64,000 nucleotides of DNA from Yuukianura sp. NJ FZ-2021 (lineage: Eukaryota), in assembly GCA_046563655.1 (NCBI GenBank), contig CM102284.1:4154001-4218000 (forward strand), read 5' to 3'. Shown piece by piece: positions 53,301 through 64,000 of this stretch. Within the stretch, counting starts at the first letter, position 1. Every line of letters starts with the position of its first letter. The notes beneath the pieces were generated by a model. It searched no databases. It saw nothing but the letters and a program-made list of their open reading frames with translations, and had not been told where the DNA came from. The translations under genes and the position numbers were made by a program.

Positions 53301-54971
53301 CAATTGTTGTTGTAGCCACTATTGCTGTTGCTACTATTGCAACTCCCAGTATTGCCCATTTTAGGAGTTGGTGGAACACGATCTGTCGAAGATTTCGTGG
53401 ACATTCCAAAATTTCGAAATTTTGTTTATTTCTTCTTAGAAGGTTATGCCAAAACTCCGTTATTCTCTTTTTCAAATTTTTTGAACCGCACATCTGACGC
53501 GGCTCCGTTGCGTTAGCAATTCGAAATCAAAACTAGAACTCAGCAACGAGAAATTTAAAAGATTATTGTGAAAATCAACAAAATTCCTACAAAAGCAGCT
53601 AGTGGCGGCGGTTTACAATGGTAACTAATGGCAACGCAAAAAAAAATTAAAATCCGTGACGTCAGCGTGGAGAATACAGTGAGTTTTTTAGGATTTCTAG
53701 TGTACGAAAAAGTTTTCAATGACGGTGTTAACACGGAAACAGAGAAAACACACATTGAACATTAAAAAACTCACGGTAGAAATGACGTTGCCGAGGGGAA
53801 AAAAATCACCTCAATTCTTTCTAATTGTAAATAAACCGTACCTAGGAGTATTCTATTTACCTTGGTACAAAAGTTGTTTTTCTTGTTTTTTTTTTTAAAT
53901 CGGAGTTATGGCATAACCTCTTACGCCATTTGTACAAATGGTTGCTATAGCAATCTTGCACTGCATCGTATACATATTTGCTGACGCTCTTGAACGCTTT
54001 GTATCAAATCCTAAACGTTTTAGTGACGTTCCCGTCGTTACGTGCAATGGGCGTGGCCACTATGAAATCGGAGAAGAAATCCGCGACAGACTCGTCTCGA
54101 TCTTCCAGGGAATTCACAATGTCAAATTCCTCGTTCGGATTGACCTGCCCTACTGCGCCGACGCGGAGGTGCTACTTTTGCAAAAAGTACGAAACTAATT
54201 AATTAAACACAGTGAATTAATCAACTCATTGACTAATGCCCTTGGGAAATCTTTGATGTAGGCAATGACATATTTGTTTATTGACTTGAGAACAAAGCAA
54301 AGGAGACAGCATGCCAGAGACTGCTATGCAGCATTTCACCATCGAGCCATTGCGCTTCTGACGTGGATCGACAAGGTAAGTTATGTCTAACTTTGCGTGC
54401 TAAATTTCGCTGACCTGCACATGCTCACTTTTCAGACGATTGGAACCGTGATCGAACCAGCACTGGAGCTCAAAACGATACAAATCCAAGAAAAAGTTCA
54501 CAATTTGAGCCAGCTTCGTCTTCAGAAAATCTGCAAACAGGTTAGCAAGCGTTTTCAAAAAATTCAAATTTAGGTGGGACTACTTTCCCTGAAATGTTCT
54601 AAGTTAGGCAAAGCCGACATTTCTGTCTAATTTCCCAGTTCCCTGACCTTTACGGAAAGAGACGTCACCAGTTGAGGTCACCAACACCATGTACAGCTTC
54701 TGATGAGAAAATGTCTTGGGAATCAACGCTGCAAGATAACTTGGATCCAACCTCCACTGAACTCCTGAAACAAATAGATTTGGACATGTTAATAAAAGTT
54801 CCAGATGAAGTTCAATTGTTTGAAAGTGACAATCAGAGAAAAACGGAACTCAACGACGACACTTCAGCAATATTGGGACATGCCATCATCAATTCAAAAG
54901 ACAGGACGAATCGTTTCACCCGGAAAGCGTCCATGGACAACCTGACACAAATGCTTGTCAGTATTAATTAG
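50329..54971 (+). CDS. Uncharacterised coiled-coil protein with MGC N-terminus (possible myristoylation/palmitoylation), about 9 exons
   Basis: Checked junctions splice in frame: MGCSFSAAH…[16 protein letters not shown]…, …[15 protein letters not shown]…[15 protein letters not shown]…WIDK|TIGTV…CKQ|FPDLY…VSIN*; intron ~51883-54023 hosts the TIR element. Confidence 0.65.
51921..53968. mobile_element. Long-TIR element carrying captured host-gene exons (Pack-TIR-like)
   Basis: Left arm ~51921-52213 is the reverse complement of 53414-53585 plus 53862-53968 (e.g. AAATGGCGTAAGAGGTTATG / CATAACCTCTTACGCCATTT); the interior holds prickle exons and introns; no clean TSD found. Confidence 0.8.
52283..53359 (-). 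pseudogene. pk: Truncated prickle/espinas fragment (N-terminus + PET domain, no LIM domains), one frameshift
   Basis: Exons 53359-53226 (…[13 protein letters not shown]…), 53060-52826 ([22 protein letters not shown]), 52533-52283 ([10 protein letters not shown]…[12 protein letters not shown]…); a 1-nt deletion near 52385 hides …[21 protein letters not shown]…VKCHG. Confidence 0.85.
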
Positions 54972-55113
54972 TTAAATCAGGTTAATTTGTAATGAAACGT
55001 TGCGGCAATAAGTAAAGTTATTTTGGTACATTTAGCAAATACTAGCAAATTGCCCGCAGAATAGTTACAAAATAGTTTTAGACCAAATTGGGTTGAGGTA
55101 AACTTTAACGATC

Positions 55114-55223
55114 GTCATTGTAGCCACACAGTCTAGTCACTCCACCATTTTGAGTGGCTACACCGTGCGGCAACTTTATGTTGCCACTTTCGCCACTAAA
55201 AATAGCGGAGTGGCTACAATGAC
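55114..55223. repeat. Short inverted-repeat element (MITE-like)
   Basis: GTCATTGTAGCCAC / GTGGCTACAATGAC 14-bp perfect IR with internal GCCAC/GTGGC repeats. Confidence 0.55.
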
Positions 55224-55981
55224 AACAGTTAGTTTACTTCAACCAGTTTTATATTCAAGACAAATCGAAAGAGTCACAGTCACAGTCATGAGGATTTCAA
55301 AAGATATGAACCCGAGTTTGTCAGATAGTTTGCTTTATTTGTATAATTTAACTCTGTTTTCAAGCAGAAATATAAAATTCATTAGATCTCAAAATCATTA
55401 TAAGGGAGTTTGTTTTAAGTGTAGTAGTCATAACTTAAGTGTCTTCTTCAATGGAACCTTAAAGTAAAAAGAGAGAAACACTGGAATCACATGTATAACT
55501 AAATTTAACAAATTCTTCATAATTAGGAAGTTCATTTTTGAAATTATAGAGACCATAGTAAGTTGTAACAGTGGGCGGGTGGATGTATTAGAAACAGGGA
55601 AACAAAGTCAATTAAAGTCGATTCGCCTAATGTTGTTCAGTGTTTTTCTTTTCTTGATTTGGGATGTATAAAATTCGCAACTGAATCAACAAAAGCGTTT
55701 CACATGAATTTAAATTGTTTCTGTTCTATTACATTAAAAATGGGTTCCCTATTTAAATACCAAAAACTGTAAGGAAATAACCTTCAAGCACTCTCGTTTC
55801 TGTTTCTTTTGTAATTCCAGTCGCCTCGCCTTTCTCTCTTTTTGATTTTGTTTACTGAATTTGGGTGATTTTGTTTGACGTCAGACGTAGAGCTGTTGGT
55901 TGCTTAATTAAAGTGTCGGGATGAAACGCAAACGACAACGACGACGGTACTGCGACGACGGATGGACATGACTTTGTAATC

Positions 55982-57596
55982 CTAACGACGATTGGACCTT
56001 GGTGACTCCTGCGCTATGGGCGCAATTTCTAACTCCGCGAGGAGTGGAAAGTGATCTAAAACAATCCAAACAACATGATATATTCCTGAACGTATTTTTT
56101 TAAAAAGTACTTTCAAAAAAGTGCATACCAGATGGAATGGATGGGTGCGGAGCGCCGATGATTTTGTTTTCAACCAAATATGTCTGATCCAGAGGACCCA
56201 GAAGACCTAGCGGATTCATATTCGGCTTTGAATAGTAGATGTAGTCAATGATGCCCTTGAACTCAGCGGTGTAATCTGTATAAGGCATCACATCCGGAGC
56301 GTAGGTCGAGCAAAGGTTAAAGGCATGCGTATACTCGTCTACGTCGTTCTTCTCCCCGTTGAAGGAGAGGCGATTCAAAGGTTGCTTGTACGCTAAAGCT
56401 TTAAAATCCGCGTGATTTGATGGGATACGAGACATTTGTAAAAATTCCGTTACGCCTATAGCACAAAAAGTGTTACATTTCAAAAATGAGTAATTTGAAT
56501 AAAGAAAATACAGTGAGTTTATCAAAATTTTAAGCATACCTGATCCGGGCAACGAATTTAAATCACCACATAGCAGAAGATGGACTTTTTCTGCCGGAGG
56601 TGCCTTGGACGTTGGGTTTGACGCTTCAGCGATTAGCCGGAGCTCATGCATTAGCATCATCGTTTGAGCCAACTTGACGTCACAAAACTCAGGATCCCAG
56701 TGAATATGAGTTGTGCAGACCAGGAGCGGGATGTTGTTCGCTGGAACTCCGTTGTCCCAAGCAGCATCTTTGGTACTCAGCAGCGCAGCTAACCCAACAT
56801 TATCTGGAAAACAGAGAAGTCCGGAAGTCAAGACTGTCCGGAAAACGAAGAAAGGCTAACGAATGTACAGAAATGTTTACCTTTCGTCATCACTCGATTC
56901 AGCATGTCATCGGATCCTTCCGCATTGGCCATCGCCAGTTGATTGAACTCCATTAAATGTTCCTTTATTAGAGAAAACTTCGCTGATCGAAAAAATATTG
57001 CACAGCCGTCCACAAACTTCCGATCTGTCTCCGACATCGTCTTCGCCCGAGACTTTGCCGCAAAAATACCCTGTAAACGGACATTTTAAAAAACTTAGCA
57101 ACTTTAGACATATTTAGATCACAATCCAAAAAAAATATTTACTTACGGAGTAACCGTCGGCTTGCAATTCCGGCAAAAAGTAATTAAAAAACTGATCTGT
57201 CTCCTAGAAAGTATAAAAACAAAACAATTGATTTACATTTCACAACAAAAGCAATGCTCTATGATTCAAAATCATACTCTACTTCCGTACCACTTCCTGA
57301 AGACAAATGATATCCGCCGAGTAGTGTTTCAATTCCGTCAAAATGGCTTTTCTTCGATACGACCAATCCAACGCCCACGTTGGACAGTAACCTACAACAA
57401 AAGAATACAAATACAAATCAATATTTACATTTAACCTTCTAACATGTTGACCCAATAGACTCACCGTACATTTGCCGAGTCGCATATTTGTCACAAAGTA
57501 CGTTGTAACAAAGAACCGTGAAAAGACATGCGGGTCGATCTCGAGTGGGCGTTCCAACGGGAATCCAATTCCGTGCAGGAGGTTCGGTTGCAGGAG
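55982..57596 (-). CDS. CNOT6: CCR4/CNOT6 deadenylase (twin), 3' exons only (EEP nuclease domain); LRR exons not found in the window
   Basis: FTVLCYNVLCDKYATRQMYGYCPTWALDW…ADIICLQEVETDQF…KSRAKTMSE…VDGCAIF…THIHWDPEFCDVKL…CGDLNSLP…GIIDYIYY…PSDHFPL. Confidence 0.95.
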
Positions 57597-58214
57597 CTTT
57601 AGAAACAAAACAAACAAAAAACACTTAAAAACTCAATAATTAACGTAATCAATTAAACTTTAATTAGCAAATGAAAACCAATTCTAAATTGATTTGGGGC
57701 ATAAAATTCATCAATAAATCCATTTCTATAGTCTCAAAATACATCCCCAAAGAGAAAGAGTTAAGGTTACCGCACACCGGATGGCGCCGACTGTCGGCGG
57801 TTGTCGGCTCTACTTTTTCTGTCCACTTGACTATGGCACACCGAAAAAAGTAGCCGCCGAACTTTTTCTTCCCGTCGGAGAGGAAAGAAAAAGTTCGTTT
57901 CACTTTTATCTTTCCACCCGGCACACCGGAGAAACTTGTCTGCTCCACTTTTTCTGCAGACAAAAGTGAAACGACAAATTGTCGGCTCACTTTTGGCGCA
58001 GACTATGGCACACCGAACACGAAAATATTCTGCGGTCAAATTTTTGTCGTCTCGGAAAGTTCAACTTGTTGAACTTTTCGAGACGAAAAAATTCGGCGCC
58101 AGTTTTTCCTCTATGGCACACTGCACTTTCGGTCGAAAGTTAACTTTAGTAGAAACTATATAATTCAGTTTACAACCATCGTCTTCTTCGATTTTGCTTA
58201 ATCGTTGCTCAACG

Positions 58215-59129
58215 ATGGAAGATAGTCAAGATAATATTGAGCAATGGTCACAAATGAGTGTTCCAGAAGACAACGGTGAGTCCAAAGACGAATTGATCAA
58301 TTCGGTGAAGTCCAAGACAATTCTCTACAATCCAGGAAGTAATTCTAATCGGAACCGATATTTACGAGAGAACGCTTGGAGTGCAGTAGCAACTGAGGTA
58401 TCTAAATCTGGTAAGAGCATAGCGCTATGCTGGAACTTAACAGCATTCGTAACATAACTAATTAATGTTTTTCTTTAATAGTACTATGGTGCAAATCTGA
58501 GTGGAAGAAGTTGAAAGATCTTTATGGAAAAAAGAAGAAGGCCATAATCGGTAAAACGGGACAAGCACGGAAGAAGATCGAAAGCTGGGAATATTTTCAT
58601 TCATTGCAGTTCCTGGATGACTTCAGCATTCAATCACAGTATGCACAATCTTAAGCAGTTGGTGATAAACATAAGGGATATACTCTAATTAATATATTGG
58701 TTATAGAACAATTGGTAATGTGGAGTCACCAGAAACAGTTGATGTCACGGTTCATGATGACGACAACAACACAGAAGAGGTAACATTTGCATGGATCCAT
58801 GCATCTTCTGTTTTTCAATTTGTCTCTGCACTCAGTTCCAGGTCACAGTTCTAGAGCAGACTCCAACTACCGTTGTACCTCCGAAGGATGTTACACATTC
58901 TAAAAATCGTGCTAGGAAACGTCCGGGAGTGGAACTCGATAGCGAAATCGCCCAATATTTGAAACGAACTTCAAAATCAGTCGAAGACTCGCATCATCAT
59001 TTTGCCATGGCCCTAGCGGATGATCTTCGCAAACTTACTGCTCCCACCGCATCCTATCTTAAGCTACGTATTTCACAGCTAGTTTATGAAACGTCGTATC
59101 CTGAGAAAGGTACTAATGGAACTGAGTAA
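58215..59129 (+). CDS. Harbinger accessory DNA-binding protein (MADF/Myb-SANT with C-terminal BESS-like motif)
   Basis: LINSVKSKTILYNP…YLRENAWSAVATEV…WCKSEWKKLKDLY…WEYFHSLQFL; C-terminal DSHHHFAMALADDLRKL…LKLRISQLVYE; 3 introns. Confidence 0.85.
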
Positions 59130-59170
59130 TTTTTATTTGCAAAATAAACTATGTTGCTCCTAGCATAGCT

Positions 59171-60736
59171 CTATGCTACGGGCAGCGCTGCCCGTTCATT
59201 TTGCCATGGGAGGCTGCCAGTTGTTACAAAGTAGGAAGCTAGGCTGTCTCTCATCGACTTAGCATTTTTAGAATAATTGTGTGATGAAGTAGAGGAAAGA
59301 CTAGGTAAGACTGTGCCATCCTGCCTCCACTCTCCGTTGTCAGAGTCATCTTCATCTACATACCCTGGTGGGCAGTACTTTCGTTTTTCTGGTGCTAGTT
59401 CGTCATCTACTGTCTTCAGGAAGTTGTGTAGGACGACAGCAGCTGTGAATGATTTATTTTTATTAAGCAATGATTGATTGAGGGGGAGAAGAGAATGGAG
59501 CCATTCTATTAATTTAAAATTAAAATCACCTTGAATAATCAAATTTATGTGGTCTTCAATAGCAATGATAACCCTCTTGAAAATTCGAAACCGATTGGCT
59601 AGTATCCCAAAGACATTTTCAATTACTCGTCGGGCCCTGGATAGCCTGTAATTGAATATCCGCTGAGTGGATCCACCGGCTACCTTCCCTGGGTAAGGTC
59701 TCATCATGTACGGTGTTAGAGCAAATGCATCGTCACCGACAAATGCACACGGCATGCAAAGGTTTGTGTTTTTAATGATTCTGTCCCCGGGAATAGGAAG
59801 GCTCCCTGTTTCAAAAAGTAAAATTTATTAATATGGAGCCATATTACTAGAAATAAAATAAAAAATACCATCTTCCAAACGTTGTCCGAGCGATGAGCGG
59901 GCGAAGATTCCCCCGTCGCTCTGTCTTCCGCACGCTCCGATGTCGACTGTTGTGAAACGATATTTAGCATCACAAGTAGCCAGCAGGACGACACTAAAAA
60001 ATCCTTTGTAATTGAAGTTGAGTGAGCCTGAGTTCTTCGGCGCTTGAATCATGATGTGCTTCCCATCGATTGCTCCGAGGCAATTTGGGAAGTTCCAAAT
60101 GGTTTCAAAGTCGTCAACAATACTATTCCATTGGGATTCATCAGGACACTTGAAAATATTAAAAATTTTATAGCAAAATTAGTATTTTATAGAGCTTAGC
60201 GCTAAGCTATTTTTTTTTTTGAAACTGTACCGGTAGATACACGGGACGAAGTGTATCCCAAATCACTTGAAGTGTTTCCCAAATTATAGACCGAACTGTA
60301 GAATTTCCAAGACTGAATCCTGTCGCTATTGTTGAAATTGAATCGCCGGTACTCAAGTACCTACAAAAGAAAAGCGCTTTTCTTAAAAAAAAGTTACACA
60401 GTGCCTTCCTGTGTTAAACGTTTAAAATTACCGTAGAGCAACGAATAATCGTATCCGTGGGTGAATGGAGTCTCTATAATTTGTATCTGCTTTGGTAATC
60501 TTCTCCTCAGTTAAGGCCAAAAGCGTATCAAACTGGGCAGCTGACATTCTGGTGTATTGAAAAAACTTTTCAGGATATTTTGTATACATCAGTTCTACTT
60601 TCAAGTGTTCGCCCATGGTTGGTCGCAGTAAATTCAAAGGATGTATCCAGTATCTCCGCTGACCTTGGCGAATGCGTTGATTTCTTCGTCGCAGTATCAA
60701 CACTAGTGCGAACTTTTCTTTTTGAGTGAGATACAT
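59171..60736 (-). CDS. Harbinger DDE transposase (HARBI1-like)
   Basis: Five exons splice in frame: …RLFVALRYLSTG…FPNCLGAIDGKH…NYKGFFS…GRQSDGGIF…VGDDAF…FNYRLSRARRVIENVFGILANRF…LHNF; catalytic D, D and E present. Confidence 0.95.
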
Positions 60737-63448
60737 ACTTAATTAATCCGCTTTACTTGTTAGCAATTAAGCAAACTAAAGTGTATAAAGTGTTTTATGT
60801 AAAAGTTTTCTATGAAAGACTCGAACAGAATTTACTCTCCAGTTCAAATGGAAAAGAATGGCGCCATTCTATTTGACAAATTCTCAGCAGTGGGAATTTC
60901 TATAGCACACCAAATGAAACGAAAGATTAGAGCAGAAACTTATCGAGTCACTCAATCTGGTGTGCCGGGTGAAAAGAAAAAGTGGAGCAGAAAAAATGGA
61001 GCCCCTGCGCCGTCGGCTCCATTTCTTCTTTCGACTCAGTTTTGGTGTGCCGGGTAGAAAGAACAAATGGAGCAGAAGCCGCTGGGATTCCAATTGTTCG
61101 TTTCACTTTTTTGGTGGGCGGTAAGCTTTACAGTTACAGATGAGAAACCATAAATTCATCTGAATCCATCAGATAATCACTGATTCCCAAGAAACAAAAA
61201 TGCAACCCAGTTGCTCAGTCGTGGTTCCCTGCCTTGTAATCATCCGAATTATGTCAACAGCATCTCCAAACATTGACTTTGACACGACGAGGCAAGGAGC
61301 ATACAGTCAGTCGCACTTTGCTAAACAGAAGCCGTGCTTAAAAATACGATTTTAACTTTTAAGTGCTAATTGTGGTTTTACTTCTCTCCGCTCCCATTTC
61401 AATCAATTCTATACATGGGAGAGCACGATTTGCCCATTTCCCATATACAGAAAATAAACCTTTTCAAGCACAGGAGAAACACGCTTTTGCACAAAAATTG
61501 CAAATTCATCCACTCTTTTCTAAAAGAAGACAAGCAACACACCTATAAACCTCTCACGCAAATTTAACAAGAAAAGACCCCAAACAAAGTGAACCATGAA
61601 CTTGACCTACAACTCAAACCAACCTTAGTCTTTTACGATTTTGGTATCACAAAGAAGTAACGTCTTCATCGTGCCTAAAATAACAGAAAATGTCGAAACT
61701 CTGTCGAATACAGGTTAACCTGAACAGCATAACATACGCTACAGCATCGGTCGTTGATTCCGACATGGTTGAATTACAGATTTCTCCATTTCGGTATAAC
61801 AAAAAAACCGCCAACAAAAACAAGGAACTTACAATTAGAAACACTATTTACCGAAAATACTTCCCCACAAAACCGGTAACTCAAGAAGACTACTTTTGGT
61901 GCTAAAAATTGAAAAAAGAAAATGAAGCTCGACCTAGAAGACGCTTTTTAAAAGAGGAAATGACAGTCAGGAAACAAGTTTCATTTATAAAAAAAAAAAA
62001 CCATTGTTTTGTAGATCATTACATACAACACGGAAGGAAGATGCGCTCCACAATGAGAAATATTGACATCAATAAAAATCACAGCCCCACAAACAAACAA
62101 CAAAAACGACATGATTTATACTCACACTTCAACTGATGATCTCACTCAGGATCAATGCATTTCACACTTTCACTTGCCACTTGATTAGTTACAAATGTAA
62201 TTGGAGCAATTAATTACCAAATGAGACATTAATTATTACCAGAGGCTCCCTAATGCTAAGTAACAACAGAAAATTCAATTGTTCCATTATACATTACTCC
62301 CAAAGCAGAAATTGCCCCGCCTACAAGGAAGGACTGGCTAATATGATCCACTGCAAAATCCAAATAGAGCAATTTGATGCACCGTGAGGAGTAAGGACAA
62401 TTTTAGGTTTTCAATTAAGTTTTTAGCGGTAAATTGTTCCGATTTAAGGAACGTGCTGATATTAAGGAACGTGAAGTTGGATATGGGGGTTTAGCCTTTG
62501 GCCTTTGGCACAAAATACAAATTTTCATGGCCAATCTAGATCTTTACTAGGGCAGAAATACTTCATTCGAGGGAGGGAGGGACGCCGGTCAGCCTTGCCT
62601 TGCTTATGGCGGTCACAATTTAGTTTTAGTTAAAAAAATTATAACGTTGAGCAGCATGAAAAGACTATGGTGGTTCTGGTTCATTGCAATTAAGGGCCGC
62701 ATCCGCAATTTCCCAATTTACTAAAAAAATCAACGAAAGTATCAAGGAAACTCTTTCCATTTTTTCTTACTTTTGTGCCCTACTGAAGATGTCATTTGGC
62801 AAATATGAAGATGATGATGTGACGTGCACTTATCAATTATCCTCAATCTAATTCTTCAATTTCCCTTGAGACAATGGAAAAATGGAAAAGTGGATTAGTG
62901 AAGAAGGGGGGCCTCGGGGGGAGAACAGTTAGTCGGTCATTTCCTGCTCCCAAGTGTGTCACCAGGGCACACTCTCTTATAGTTACGTTGCCATCTTCCG
63001 ACCAACACTCAACCAACCCATAACCAGTATATTTTTCCATTGTGTACGTTCATACCCTCCCCGCCATAATCGTTCCACAACAAATCACGCCCTCAGCCTC
63101 CATTTCAATTGTTAAGTCTACGTTGTCTCAACAATACTAACAATCCGTAACCATCTTCATCATCAACCCCCTTGTTTACTTCACAGTCATCCCCAGTAGT
63201 CTTAGGAGTTATCAGCAACGCAGCCCACCATTTCACAAGTATCAACTACTTACAGTGCTTGCTCATCAGTAAGTCCACGGCAACGGCATTTGGCACACCG
63301 TTCCTCACTACTTGTGCGCAATACTTGTGCCACGGCCTCAAGCATAAATTTTTTCTTCCGATTTCAAAACTCTAACAAGAACGGCTAGCTACAAGTACAC
63401 CGCGGCGGTTGGAGTTTGGACATGGTTACAAGGCCATCGAAATGTTAG

Positions 63449-64000
63449 ATGGACAACGCATACTACACTGGAGCAACTCTCATTCGAGCTGGAAATATAA
63501 ATGGAGGAGGTAATACCAATCCTAACCAACAAGTCAAATATGCATCTTTTTCAGCCAACACGAGAAGCGCCGCTACGCCACCACTTCCACCACCGCCAGC
63601 ATCTTGCCAACTTCAACCGAATCTCCTAACTGGACTTCCGCTAATTCGAAACGGACAACAACACTTACAGCCCAGCCACCATGTGAGACATCCCGGCCAC
63701 GGTCCACAGGGACCACCACCACCGCCCGGAGTCATTTGTTGTTTCCAGCCGATTTACTACATTCCAGCCCCAAGTCCCCCCACACCAGGCTACAACTCAC
63801 AGATTCTGTTGCCGACTAAACAGAACTCATGCGCAGGAACTTTCCTGACGCAACAGTCAAATGGAAAAGGCATTGGACAACCGAAACGACGCAACTACAA
63901 GTCTCTAATTCCGAATCACATGAAACTGAAACCGGTTCACAGTTCACCTCCACCTTTGACCTCACAGTCTGATCGTGATTTCTACCAAAACCAAGTCACT
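63449..64000 (+). CDS. Pro-rich open frame running off the window end (partial, uncharacterised)
   Basis: ATG 63449 after an in-frame TAG; 184 codons with no stop to base 64000 (MDNAYYTGATLIRAG…PPLPPPP…GPPPPPGVICCFQPIYYIPAP…). Confidence 0.5.
   Translation, partial: MDNAYYTGATLIRAGNINGGGNTNPNQQVKYASFSANTRSAATPPLPPPPASCQLQPNLLTGLPLIRNGQQHLQPSHHVRHPGHGPQGPPPPPGVICCFQPIYYIPAPSPPTPGYNSQILLPTKQNSCAGTFLTQQSNGKGIGQPKRRNYKSLIPNHMKLKPVHSSPPPLTSQSDRDFYQNQVT

Larger units (their letters stand above)
57764..61127. mobile_element. PIF/Harbinger DNA transposon, apparently complete
   Basis: TTA TSD (57761-63, 61128-30); TIRs AGGTTACCGCACACC vs AGCTTACCGCCCACC (13/15); subterminal GGCACACCG and GTCGGCTC repeats; two convergent genes. 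Confidence 0.93.

Noticed and set aside
57780-58140. Repeated CTATGGCACACCG / TGTCGGCTC motifs resembling an array
   Set aside because: Irregular spacing and location inside the Harbinger end mark them as subterminal repeats, not CRISPR.

Overview
Gene-dense eukaryotic (arthropod) DNA with many short introns. A springtail-like hexapod is inferred from the tiny introns, a diapausin gene and genes that look microbial in origin. Recognisable genes: a TM-RING protein, myosin VI followed by a diverged tandem copy of its tail exons only, a UGT, PheRS-beta, mRpS24, a C2H2 zinc-finger gene, acid sphingomyelinase, two paralogous Leu/Pro-rich membrane proteins, glutamate dehydrogenase (with a 10-nt microexon), a DUF4246 oxygenase-like gene beside a bacterial-type maltose O-acetyltransferase (candidate HGT pair), ACOT9, a clan-2 P450 with a foldback MITE 58 bp before its ATG, two secreted EF-hand paralogs (one split in its CDS by a nested TA-flanked insertion), diapausin, an uncharacterised MGC-start gene, and the 3' part of CCR4 with an apparently intact PIF/Harbinger transposon just upstream. 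Most notable: (i) a long-TIR element carrying three intron-separated prickle exons (Pack-TIR-like gene capture), (ii) a motorless myosin VI cargo-binding-domain paralog with an intact spliced frame and LWY changed to WWY, (iii) the HGT-like pair, (iv) a TE insertion that could be spliced out in frame. All gene models were made by eye; no database searches were run.
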